Source: an uncultured Thermoplasmata archaeon
GTDB lineage: Archaea; Thermoplasmatota; Thermoplasmata; Lutacidiplasmatales; UBA184
Direction: 5' to 3'
Length of the DNA stretch: 64,000 bases
Assembly: GCA_963773945.1 (NCBI GenBank)
Contig: CAVZDD010000005.1
Coordinates: forward strand, 908,163 to 972,162
Positions 54,560-63,313 of this stretch are shown here, piece by piece (the first letter of the stretch is position 1; every line of letters starts with the position of its first letter). The notes below the pieces were generated by a model that saw only the letters and a program-made list of their open reading frames with translations, searched no databases and was not told the origin of the DNA. Both the position numbers and the translations under genes were made by a program.

Positions 54560-54725
54560 GCGCGCGGCGCCACCTGCCCCGCCTATATAAACCGACTGGG
54601 GAGCGCACCGTGGCAAACCGCCGGGAACCTACTCGAATGGCCCGGCGGGCCGGGGGAAGAGGAGTCTCCGCAATTCCTAAGCGTCTGAAACAGACCATCC
54701 CGGGTGGTTTGCGGTTGTAATCCCG

Positions 54726-55340
54726 ATGTCGATCGAAAAGGCGGCAGTGGTCCTCGCGGCGGGCGCTTCTACGCGGTTCGAGGGCCGGCCGAAGGCATTG
54801 CTGAGCGTTTACGGCGAACCGGCGGTCGCCCGCATCGTCCGAATCTGTCGAGAGGAAGGGTTCGTTCCCCGAGTCGTCGTTGGGCTTCATTCCGCCGCCA
54901 TCCGCGGGGCTCTGCCCTCGCCCCTTCCAGATGTCATCGAGAATCCCGAATGGGCTCGGGGTCGGACCGGCTCCATTCAAAGGGGGCTAGACGGCCTCGG
55001 CTCGGAGACGCCGGTTCTCTTGTGGCCGGTCGACCATCCGTTCGTTCAAGCTAAGACCCTTCGCCGGCTCCGTACGACAGCGGAACGCGACGCCATGGGA
55101 GTCTGGTTCGTCCCATCGTTCGAGGGTTTCGGAGGTCATCCGGTCTTGCTCGAGCCCCCGGCCATTCAGAGGATCCGTTTCCTCGCTCCGGCGATGCCGC
55201 TGCGAATGCTTCTCCCCGAATTTGGTCCCCAGGTCGTGCGGGTTCCCGTGGACGATCCTGGAGTGAGGGCGAACGTCGACACCGAGGACGACTACCGGCG
55301 CTTCCGGTCGTTACAATCGTCGGGGGCGGATGCGCCGTGA
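54726..55340 (+). CDS. MobA/MocA-like molybdenum-cofactor nucleotidyltransferase
   Basis: VVLAAGASTRFEG (LAAGxSxRxG motif), WPVDHPFV; first gene of the Mo-hydroxylase cluster. Confidence 0.65.
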   Translation: MSIEKAAVVLAAGASTRFEGRPKALLSVYGEPAVARIVRICREEGFVPRVVVGLHSAAIRGALPSPLPDVIENPEWARGRTGSIQRGLDGLGSETPVLLWPVDHPFVQAKTLRRLRTTAERDAMGVWFVPSFEGFGGHPVLLEPPAIQRIRFLAPAMPLRMLLPEFGPQVVRVPVDDPGVRANVDTEDDYRRFRSLQSSGADAP

Positions 55341-56170
55341 ATCGTCGGATCGCCCGGGAGGTAGTGCGATTGATGGATTTGCACGTCCCATTCGTACGGG
55401 CCACGGTCGTGAAGACGGTCGGTTCGGTCCCCGGAAAAGTTGGCGCCACCATGGTGCTGAGACCCGATGGAACCTTCCTCGGCACGATCGGCGGTGCCGG
55501 GCTTGAGGAACAGGTCAAGGACCATGCCCGCTCAGCCTTCTCGAGCGGGAAGAGCGACCTCTACCACTTTGATTTGCAAGCCTGGAAGCCGGGAGGGCTC
55601 CCCAGTCTCTGCGGTGGGTCCGTAGACATCGCCGTGGAGTACATCGCCCCGCGGCCGAACCTCCTGCTCTGGGGCGGCGGGCACGTCGCGGAAGCGATCG
55701 CGGGGCTGCTCCCCACGTTGGAGTACGATTTTAGCGTCGCCGACGACCGCCCGGAATGGGTGACCGCGCAACGATTCCCGGACGCCGACCGACGCGAATC
55801 GGTGACGCCGGCGGAAGTCTGGACCGTGTTTGATCCGGGGGAGTTTTCTCATCTCTACTTGCTCGGCTACGACGCGAAGAAGGACCTCGAGCTCCTCGCG
55901 AGCTCGCTCGACCGGTTCCCCGGATACATCGGGCTCATCTCGAGCGCACCCAAGCGGACGCACATGTTTGCCGAGCTGAGGCGTCGAGGCGTCTCTTCGA
56001 AGGTTCTCGCCCGAGTTCACGCTCCCATCGGCCTGGCCATCGGAGCGGAGAGCCCGGCAGAGATTGCCGTCAGCGTGGTCGGGGAGATCATTCAGTCGCT
56101 TCGGGAACCAGTGAGACGACGTTCGGCCGTGGGCCGGGGCGCCGCTCCGGCGCGGGAGTTGTCGCCCTGA
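55337..56170 (+). CDS. XdhC/CoxI-family molybdenum-hydroxylase maturation factor
   Basis: N-terminal XdhC_CoxI (ATVVKTVGSVPGKVGATMVL) plus a C-terminal Rossmann-like domain (LLLWGGGHVAEAIAGL); 4-bp overlap with MocA. Confidence 0.75.
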   Translation: MNRRIAREVVRLMDLHVPFVRATVVKTVGSVPGKVGATMVLRPDGTFLGTIGGAGLEEQVKDHARSAFSSGKSDLYHFDLQAWKPGGLPSLCGGSVDIAVEYIAPRPNLLLWGGGHVAEAIAGLLPTLEYDFSVADDRPEWVTAQRFPDADRRESVTPAEVWTVFDPGEFSHLYLLGYDAKKDLELLASSLDRFPGYIGLISSAPKRTHMFAELRRRGVSSKVLARVHAPIGLAIGAESPAEIAVSVVGEIIQSLREPVRRRSAVGRGAAPARELSP

Positions 56171-56217
56171 CGACCCAGCAGGTCCTTCGGCTGGACATCA
56201 ATGGCCAACCGATCGAA

Positions 56218-58968
56218 GTGCCGGCTCCGGCCGAGCGGATCTTGCTGGACCTCCTGCGGGAGGACCTCAACCTGACGGGGACGAAACGCGGGTGCGACCT
56301 GGGAACCTGCGGGTGCTGCACCGTCCTGCTCGACGGCCGGCCGGCGCTATCCTGTCTCACCCTGGCGGCGATGGCCGAGGGGAAGTCGATCACGACGATT
56401 GAGGGGGTCTCTTCCGGGACGGAACTGCACCCGGTGCAGAAGGCGTTCGTGACCCATGGGGCGACGCAATGCGGGTTCTGTACGCCCGGCTTCGTCCTCA
56501 GCGCGGTCGCCCTGTTGCGGGATCATCCCCATGCCTCCCGCGAGGAGGTCGTCGACGCGATCTCCGGAAATTTGTGCCGGTGCACGGGTACACCAAAATC
56601 GTCGAAGCCATCCTCGCCGCTCGCCCGGGGGGGAGCGCGTAGCATGGCCGCAACCCCCAAACCCGACCTTCGGTTGCTCGGCGGTTCCATCCCCTACATC
56701 GAAGGTCCGCTCAAAGTGTCCGGTCGGTCCGAGTACACGGACGACCTGAAGCGTCCCGGCATGCTCGTCGGGAAACTCCTTCGCGCCCCGTGGCCCCACG
56801 CCCGTCTCGTCAAGGTCGACGTGACGAAGGCGCGGTCGATGCCCGGGGTCTTCGCCGTGTTGACCGGTGAAAAGTACCCGACGCCTTTCGGCGTGCTTCC
56901 CATCACGAAGGATGAAACGGCGATCGCCGTGAACCGGTCCCGGTACATCGGTGACATCGTCGCGGCGGTCGCCGCCCAGGACGAGCTCACCGCGGAACGA
57001 GCGTTAGCGGCGGTCGAGATCGAGGTCGAGACGCTCCCGGAATATTCGGACCCGCGCGTGGGACGGAACCGGGTGGATGTGCCCATTCACGAGAAAGGCC
57101 TCAACCACTCGAACATCCAGAAGGAGGTCGTTCAACATTTTGGCGATGTGGACGCGGCGTTCCGCAACGCCGCGGCCACCGTACGGGTCCGGGCCTCCTT
57201 CGCCGGCGTAACGCACGCGTTCACGGAACCCCAATGCACCATCGCGGAAGCCACACCGGACGGCCGGCTCACGGTGTGGAGCTCCACCCAGGTCCCGCAC
57301 TATCTCCACCGATCCCTGTCGGAGGTGTTGGGCCTCCCGATGCACCGCATCCGCGTCATCAAGCCGGAGGTCGGCGGAGGGTTCGGGGGGAAGTCCGACC
57401 CGCTTCCCCACGAAATTGCCTGCGCCGCCCTCGCGCTCGAGACCGGCCGCCCGGTCAAGATCCTGTTCGACCGGGACGAGGTGTTCTACACCAATCACGG
57501 ACGTCACCCCACGTTCAACGACGTCCGGATCGCGGCCGACGCCGAGGGGAAGCTGCTCGGCTACGACATCGAGGCCGTCATCGAGGGGGGCGCGTGGAGC
57601 TCTTTCGGTACCGTGACGACGTACTACAACGGCGTGATGGCGATGGGCCCGTATCAGCTACCGAGTTTCCGGTACAAGGGCCAGCGGGTGTTCACCAATC
57701 GACCCCCGTCGGGAGCGATGCGGGCCCACGGGGGGACCAACATCCGATACTCCGTGGAGGTCGGGCTCGACGAGTTGGCCGAGAAGCTCGCGCTCGACCC
57801 GTTCGACCTGCGGTCCCGTAACGCTCTCGCGCCCCATTCTACGACGATCAATGAATTCCGAGTCACCTCCACGTCCTTCCTGCGATGTCTCCAGGCCGTC
57901 CGTGAGCGGAGCGGATGGGCCGAGAAATGGAGGCGACTGCCGTTCGGTCACGGGGTGGGACTCGGCTGCGGGTTCTACATTTCCGGGTCGAACAGCCCGA
58001 TCCACTTCACGCCCAAGATGCCGCAATGCACCGTGCATCTCAAGGCCGACATGGATGGCGGGATCACGGTCCACAGCATGCAGGCCGATATCGGCCAGGG
58101 GTCGAACACGTTACTTGCGGCGATCGTGGCCGAGGTGGTCGGTGTATCGCTCGACCGGATTCACGTGAGCCTGGTGGATTCCGATGTAACGCCGGTCGAT
58201 ATCGGGAGCTATTCGAGCCGCGTGACGTTCATGATGGGCAACGCGGCCCGGAAGGCGGCGGAGAATCTCCGGGACCAGCTGCTCGAAGCGACGCACCAGC
58301 TTACGGGGTACCCCCGGGAGGCGCTCCGGGTCCGGTTGGAACGCTACGAAGTGGAGCACCGACCCGAGATCGGCGCAACGTACATGGAAGCACTCCACCG
58401 GGCCATCCAGGGCTCGGGCGCGCTCCAATCGACCGGGGCGTACACCTCCCCTCCCGTGGGGGGGAGCTTCAAGGGAGCCCGAGCGGGCACGGCTCCGGCC
58501 TACTCGTTCGCGGCGTACGTAGCCCAGGTCTCCGTGGACGACGAGACCGGAGTATTCGAGGTCGAAAAGGTCTGGGCCGCCTTCGATTGTGGCCGGCCGC
58601 TCAACCGGCTCGCCGTCGAGGGGCAGATCCAGGGCTCGATCCACATGGGTCTGGGCCAGTTCATGGGCGAATCGATGGACTACCGGGGCACGCGGTTGAT
58701 GAACCCCTCGCTGCTGGATTACAAAATCCTCATGCCACACCAGATGCCGGAGGTCGAGTGCCTCCTCGTGGGCGCCGACGACCCGGAGGGGCCGTTCGGC
58801 GCGAAGGAAGCGGGGGAGGGACCGCTCGTCGCGACACTGCCGGCGGTGGGCAACGCGCTCTACGACGCGATCGGCGTCCGATTCTGCGACCTGCCGGTCA
58901 CGCCGGACCGGGTGCTGAAGGGGCTGGACCGCCGGCGCGCGGAGTCCCGTGCGTGGAAGGGCCACTGA
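56218..58968 (+). CDS. Molybdenum hydroxylase with the [2Fe-2S] small subunit (CoxS-like) fused to the molybdopterin large subunit (CoxL/XdhA-like); coding probably begins upstream at ~56167
   Basis: Cluster I GCDLGTCGCCTV, cluster II CGFCTPGF...CRCTG, then the aldehyde-oxidase/xanthine-DH a/b-hammerhead and MoCo-binding domains (GGGFGGK). The first ferredoxin beta-strand (VLRLDINGQPIEV) is encoded in frame before the GTG with no canonical start. Confidence 0.8.
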   Translation: MPAPAERILLDLLREDLNLTGTKRGCDLGTCGCCTVLLDGRPALSCLTLAAMAEGKSITTIEGVSSGTELHPVQKAFVTHGATQCGFCTPGFVLSAVALLRDHPHASREEVVDAISGNLCRCTGTPKSSKPSSPLARGGARSMAATPKPDLRLLGGSIPYIEGPLKVSGRSEYTDDLKRPGMLVGKLLRAPWPHARLVKVDVTKARSMPGVFAVLTGEKYPTPFGVLPITKDETAIAVNRSRYIGDIVAAVAAQDELTAERALAAVEIEVETLPEYSDPRVGRNRVDVPIHEKGLNHSNIQKEVVQHFGDVDAAFRNAAATVRVRASFAGVTHAFTEPQCTIAEATPDGRLTVWSSTQVPHYLHRSLSEVLGLPMHRIRVIKPEVGGGFGGKSDPLPHEIACAALALETGRPVKILFDRDEVFYTNHGRHPTFNDVRIAADAEGKLLGYDIEAVIEGGAWSSFGTVTTYYNGVMAMGPYQLPSFRYKGQRVFTNRPPSGAMRAHGGTNIRYSVEVGLDELAEKLALDPFDLRSRNALAPHSTTINEFRVTSTSFLRCLQAVRERSGWAEKWRRLPFGHGVGLGCGFYISGSNSPIHFTPKMPQCTVHLKADMDGGITVHSMQADIGQGSNTLLAAIVAEVVGVSLDRIHVSLVDSDVTPVDIGSYSSRVTFMMGNAARKAAENLRDQLLEATHQLTGYPREALRVRLERYEVEHRPEIGATYMEALHRAIQGSGALQSTGAYTSPPVGGSFKGARAGTAPAYSFAAYVAQVSVDDETGVFEVEKVWAAFDCGRPLNRLAVEGQIQGSIHMGLGQFMGESMDYRGTRLMNPSLLDYKILMPHQMPEVECLLVGADDPEGPFGAKEAGEGPLVATLPAVGNALYDAIGVRFCDLPVTPDRVLKGLDRRRAESRAWKGH

Positions 58969-58984
58969 GGTCCGGAGGCCATCG

Positions 58985-59971
58985 ATGCATCTCGACCCGT
59001 TCGAACTCCACCGGCCTGAATCCGTGAAGGAGACCCTCCGACTCGCCCAGGAGTTCGCGCCGGGGTTCGACTACCTGGCGGGGGGGACGGACCTCCTGCC
59101 GAATTACAAGATGCATCTCAACATCCGGCCGCATCTGATCGCTCTCGACCGGATCCCGGAGCTGCAGGGCTACGACCTAGACCGGATCGGCGCCATGGCG
59201 CGGCTCGCCGACCTGGACAACGACCCTCAGGTCTCGAAGCATTATCCGGCCCTCGGAGAAGCGGTCCACGGAGTCGCCACCCCCCTCGTGCGCGCCAGCG
59301 GCACGGTCGGCGGCAATCTGCTGGTGGAGACGCGGTGCTTTTTCTTCAACCAGAGTTTCTTCTGGCGGGCCAGCCTCGGATTCTGTCTCAAGGCCGACGG
59401 CGACCGATGCCACGTGGTCCCCCAGAAGGAGAAGTGCTACGCAACGTTCTCGGGAGACCTCGCGCCGGCGCTCATGGTGCTGGGCGCGTCCGTTGAGGCC
59501 GCGGGTCCGGACGGAACCCGGCGACTCCCGCTGGCCGACCTGTACTCCCCCGAGGGGGACGGCATCCTGCGGCATCGACTGCGACCGGGGGAGCTCCTGG
59601 TGGCCGTTCACCTGCCGCCGGACGCTCGCCACCGGCGCAGCACGTACCGGAAGCTCCGAGCTCGACCCTCGTTCGATTTTCCCGAGCTCGGGCTCGCCGT
59701 GGCCCTGGTCCGGGACGGAGCCAACCTGACGAATTTGGACATCGCCGCGGGCGGCCTCGAGACCTATCCCCGTCCCTTCGCGGCGATCACCCGGCGGTTC
59801 ATCGGGGGCCCCCTTTCCAGTGAACGGATCGCGGAGCTGGCCTCGGCGGTGCAGGCCGCCGTGCGGCCGGTACACAACACGGCGTATCCACCGGACTACC
59901 GGAAGCGAATGACGGGCGTTTTCGTGCGGAGGGCCGTGACGGCCCTCTGGGAGACTCGGGGGGCCTCATGA
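58985..59971 (+). CDS. Molybdenum hydroxylase FAD-binding medium subunit (CoxM/XdhB-like)
   Basis: LAGGTDLLPNYK, the FAD_binding_5 layout, and a CO dehydrogenase flavoprotein C-terminal domain; internal ATG of ORF 58949..59971. Confidence 0.8.
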   Translation: MHLDPFELHRPESVKETLRLAQEFAPGFDYLAGGTDLLPNYKMHLNIRPHLIALDRIPELQGYDLDRIGAMARLADLDNDPQVSKHYPALGEAVHGVATPLVRASGTVGGNLLVETRCFFFNQSFFWRASLGFCLKADGDRCHVVPQKEKCYATFSGDLAPALMVLGASVEAAGPDGTRRLPLADLYSPEGDGILRHRLRPGELLVAVHLPPDARHRRSTYRKLRARPSFDFPELGLAVALVRDGANLTNLDIAAGGLETYPRPFAAITRRFIGGPLSSERIAELASAVQAAVRPVHNTAYPPDYRKRMTGVFVRRAVTALWETRGAS

Positions 59972-60432
59972 GCCACGCGCCGGAATTTCGCATTGTGGCG
60001 GCCGCGACGCTGCTCCCGCATGAGCAGATTGACCCGGCGGATGTCGAGCGGCTCTCTCATGAGATCCAGCGACAGGGGATGGTCCAGGAACCTATCTGGG
60101 TCAGCCGGGAGGGCGTTATCCTCAACGGACACCACCGGTATGCCGCGCTGCGGAAGCTGGGGGTCCACAGCGTTCCCGCCTGGGTCGTCGATTATCCCGA
60201 CCCGGCCATGGAACTGGCGCGCTGGGGACCCGGCCTGCCGCCCACCAAGGACGAGGTCATCGCCCATGCGCGCGCCGGCGGGCTCTACCCCCCCAAGACC
60301 ACCCGCCACGTCTGGCGCGGGCCGGCGCCGGCCCCGCATCCCACCACGCTCGCGGAGCTTCAGCGCGACGCGCCGGACAACGGGTCGTGGCCGGGCCCGC
60401 CGGCGCCCGCGCGGCGAGACGGCTCCCGGTAA
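59968..60432 (+). CDS. ParB/sulfiredoxin-like N-terminal-domain protein (154 aa)
   Basis: IVAAATLLPHEQIDPADVERL...VILNGHHRYAALRKLGVHSVPAWVVDY resembles the ParB/Srx fold signature (DG-HR). Confidence 0.45.
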   Translation: MSHAPEFRIVAAATLLPHEQIDPADVERLSHEIQRQGMVQEPIWVSREGVILNGHHRYAALRKLGVHSVPAWVVDYPDPAMELARWGPGLPPTKDEVIAHARAGGLYPPKTTRHVWRGPAPAPHPTTLAELQRDAPDNGSWPGPPAPARRDGSR

Positions 60433-61031
60433 GGCAACGGCCACTCCCCTTCGGCGAACCGCGCGATGACCGAATAGAGGGCCACGCGCTCGGCGGCCTG
60501 AACACGGAGTCGGAGCGCGTCGGGGGTGTCACCGGCCTCGACCCGCACTTTCTGCTGCGCGATCACCGGGCCGCCATCGACTTCGTCATTAACGAGGTTG
60601 ATTGAGGCGCCGGTCTCGGCATCGCCGGCCGCGAGCACCGCGGCGTGCACCTTGTTCCCAAAGAACCCCTTCCCCCCGTACCGGGGGAGCAGGGAAGGGT
60701 GAATGTTGATGGCCCGACCCTCCCATGTCTTTACGAACGGCGGAGGAAGGATGGACAGAAAGCCGGCGAGCACGAGCAGCTCAACCCCCGCTTCCGTAAG
60801 GATCCGGGTGGCGTCGTTCGCCCATCGTTCCGGGGGCACTCCGCGCACCGGAAGCACCGCCGTAGCGAGGCCCCTTCGTCGGGCCTTTTCCAGGACCGGC
60901 GCGGACGCCCGGTCGGAAAGGACGAGGGCGACGCGGGCGGGCACGTGGCCGCCGGCCGTTTGTTCGGCGAGCGCCTCCAGCGTCGTGCCTTCTCCCGACG
61001 CGAGCACGCCGAGCACGAGCTGTCGCGGCAT
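60360..61031 (-). CDS. purN: Phosphoribosylglycinamide formyltransferase PurN
   Basis: VLASGEGTTLEAL, INIHPSLLPRYGGKG, VNDEVDGGPVIAQ (formyltransferase N-terminal domain); internal ATG of ORF 60360..61181. Confidence 0.8.
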   Translation of the reverse strand: MPRQLVLGVLASGEGTTLEALAEQTAGGHVPARVALVLSDRASAPVLEKARRRGLATAVLPVRGVPPERWANDATRILTEAGVELLVLAGFLSILPPPFVKTWEGRAINIHPSLLPRYGGKGFFGNKVHAAVLAAGDAETGASINLVNDEVDGGPVIAQQKVRVEAGDTPDALRLRVQAAERVALYSVIARFAEGEWPLPYREPSRRAGAGGPGHDPLSGASR

Positions 61032-61063
61032 CTCGTTCCCTCCCCGGCGGAGGGGTCGGGGGC

Positions 61064-62035
61064 CTATAGCATCACGCGGAGGCCGAGCTTCTCGGTGAGC
61101 TCCTTGTACCGGTTCCGGATCGTCACTTCGGTGACGCCCGCCACTTCGGCGACCTCGCGTTGGGTGCGCCGCTCGCCGCATTGGACGGAGGAGATGTAGA
61201 TCGCCGCGGCGGCGACACCGGTCGGACCCCGCCCGCTCGTCAGTTCACGTTCCGTCGCGAGCTTGAGGATCTCGTTCGAGCGCGTCTGGACCTCGCCCTT
61301 GAGCTTAAGTTCCGAGCAGAACCGTTGGATGTAGTCCTGCGGCCGGGTCGGGAGCAGCTTGAGCTTGAGCTCCCGCGTCATGAACCGGTAGGTTCGACCG
61401 ATCTCCTTGCGGCCGATGCGCGATTTGCTCGCGATCTCGTCCAAGGTTCGGGGCACGTTGCACTGTCGGCAACTGCCGTAGAGGGACGCCGCGACTACGC
61501 CCTCGATCGACCGGCCACGGATGAGGTTCCGCGACACGGCCTTTCGGTAGATCATGGCGGCCGTCTCCCGGACGTTCCGGGGCAGCGCCATGCTGGAGGC
61601 GAGGCGGTCGAGCTCCGCGAGGGCAAACGCCAGGTTCCGTTCCGTGGCGTTCGAGACCCGGATGCGGCGTTGCCATTTCCGGAGCCGGTAGAGTTGGGCC
61701 CGGTTGCGGGTCGGGATGGACTTACCGTACGGATCCCGGTTCTTCCAGCCGATCTCCGTGGACAGTCCCTTGTCGTGGATCGTCAAAGTGGTCGGAGCAC
61801 CGGTCCGGGTACGCTTCTCGCCCTGCTCGGCGTCGAACGCACGCCACTCGGGTCCCTGATCGATCATTCCCTCTTCGAGGACGAGGCCGCACTCGTCGCA
61901 GACGAGTTCGCCCTTCTCGTAGTCCCGGGTCAGATGGGTGGAGCCGCAATTCGAACAGCGGGTGGGCACCACGACGTCACTGGGTCGGTCGGCCGGCTTG
62001 GTTGCATCTCCCGCGACGTTTTCAGGTTGCGCCAT
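61064..62035 (-). CDS. tfb: Transcription initiation factor IIB (TFB)
   Basis: N-terminal zinc ribbon CSNCGS...CDECG, B-reader/linker, two cyclin repeats; 323 aa. Confidence 0.9.
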   Translation of the reverse strand: MAQPENVAGDATKPADRPSDVVVPTRCSNCGSTHLTRDYEKGELVCDECGLVLEEGMIDQGPEWRAFDAEQGEKRTRTGAPTTLTIHDKGLSTEIGWKNRDPYGKSIPTRNRAQLYRLRKWQRRIRVSNATERNLAFALAELDRLASSMALPRNVRETAAMIYRKAVSRNLIRGRSIEGVVAASLYGSCRQCNVPRTLDEIASKSRIGRKEIGRTYRFMTRELKLKLLPTRPQDYIQRFCSELKLKGEVQTRSNEILKLATERELTSGRGPTGVAAAAIYISSVQCGERRTQREVAEVAGVTEVTIRNRYKELTEKLGLRVML

Positions 62036-62315
62036 GCATTCCCTCCGCTTCTATCAGAGTCGTTCCTAACAGCAGAGCCGCTTCCGCGTCACGCGGGGGG
62101 CGGCGGGGTCGCACGGAAACGTACGGCCGAGCGACCGGTCCGAACACACGGACGATACGTCCCGAGAACCGTCCCGTCGCATCCACCACGTTGGTTCCCT
62201 CGACCGGTACCCATTTTCCCGCCGTGCGAGCCGTCACATGGCCAGTGGGGGTAATCGCAGTGACAACGCCCACGTCGCGACCTTTGCCACCAACGCGGCT
62301 CTCCCGGCGAGACAA
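62022..62315 (-). CDS. gar1: H/ACA ribonucleoprotein complex subunit Gar1
   Basis: [56 protein letters not shown] (Gar1 beta-barrel signature ...G.V.DVFGPV..PY..VKP); TTG start; overlaps the tfb start; two TATA-like elements lie just upstream. Confidence 0.75.
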   Translation of the reverse strand: MSRRESRVGGKGRDVGVVTAITPTGHVTARTAGKWVPVEGTNVVDATGRFSGRIVRVFGPVARPYVSVRPRRPPRDAEAALLLGTTLIEAEGMHGAT

Positions 62316-62341
62316 GGGGTATAAACGACTTGCGATGGGTA

Positions 62342-63313
62342 TTAAAGCGTTACGCGGGGGGCCGTCGGTTCCGGCGCGACCCGGAGTAGGTTACCGCCGG
62401 CTCGGAGGGGGTCGGCTCGGGGTCCGGCGTCTCGATGCCGACGGCCGCCGGGGGGGGGGCCAATGCATCGGTTCGCTCGCGGGCGAGCCGGTCGACCTCG
62501 CCCCATAGCTCTTCCAGCTCTTCTTCGGGGCTCCCATACCGCCGGTCCTCCGACAGGGCGGCACGCACTTGGTTCATGAGTCGGGCGGCGCCTTGTGCAT
62601 CCCGGGCGCGGTACTTCATCCGGTTCGAGCCGGCGCGCCAGGTTCCGCGCTTCGAGCAGGATCTCCTCCTCCTCCCGCTGTTGCATTTTGGGGGGAACGG
62701 CCGGCGCCCGCGGAATCCGGGTCACCGCCCGACGGAGGTCGATGAAGCGCTGTCCAATGTCGGCCAGACGTCCCTCCCGCAGGGCCTGCAAGAGCTGGGC
62801 GAGGCGGACGCCCGACTCCCGGACATCTTCGCCCCGTTCGTTGGCCTCCCGGATCGATTTGGCGAGCTGCTGGGCCTCCTGGGTGTAGAACTTGGGCAGA
62901 GTGTCGTTGAGCACGACCAGGGCCAGGGAGGCGCTCGCCGCTGCCTTCTCGAGCGAACCTTCCGCGAGGGGAAGGGTACGGAGCTGTTGCCGGGCATTTC
63001 CGATCCGCTGGTCCACGACTTCGAGGTCTACGCCGCTCCGGGCGGCCAGGTCCCGAAGCTCGTCGACGCGCGACAGTAGCTCTTTGAGCCAGGTCCAATC
63101 CCGCTGCGTTTTGTCGAGGAGCGCCTCGGCCCGTCGGACGGTGGTGATCGCCGCCGCCAGGTCGTGTTTCGAGATCTGGCCCCGTACCTCGGAAACGAAG
63201 GATGCGGAGTCGTACGGAATCCCTTCGGCCGCTAGGGAGTCCCCACGTCGTACGATGCCGCTGACCCGGGCGGTCAATGCTGAGGTAGTTCCCACCGGTC
63301 GATTGGGGGTCAC
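62342..63313 (-). CDS. Hypothetical alpha-helical protein, disrupted by a 1-nt frameshift at 62601..62606
   Basis: N-terminal ~225 aa in ORF 62342..63313 up to ...RNLARRLEPDEVPRP, then a GC-rich nonsense tail. The protein-like continuation DAQGAARLMNQVRAALSEDRRYGSPEEELEELWGEVDRLARER... is in ORF 62350..62619. Confidence 0.4.
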   Translation of the reverse strand: MTPNRPVGTTSALTARVSGIVRRGDSLAAEGIPYDSASFVSEVRGQISKHDLAAAITTVRRAEALLDKTQRDWTWLKELLSRVDELRDLAARSGVDLEVVDQRIGNARQQLRTLPLAEGSLEKAAASASLALVVLNDTLPKFYTQEAQQLAKSIREANERGEDVRESGVRLAQLLQALREGRLADIGQRFIDLRRAVTRIPRAPAVPPKMQQREEEEILLEARNLARRLEPDEVPRPGCTRRRPTHEPSACRPVGGPAVWEPRRRAGRAMGRGRPARPRANRCIGPPPGGRRHRDAGPRADPLRAGGNLLRVAPEPTAPRVTL

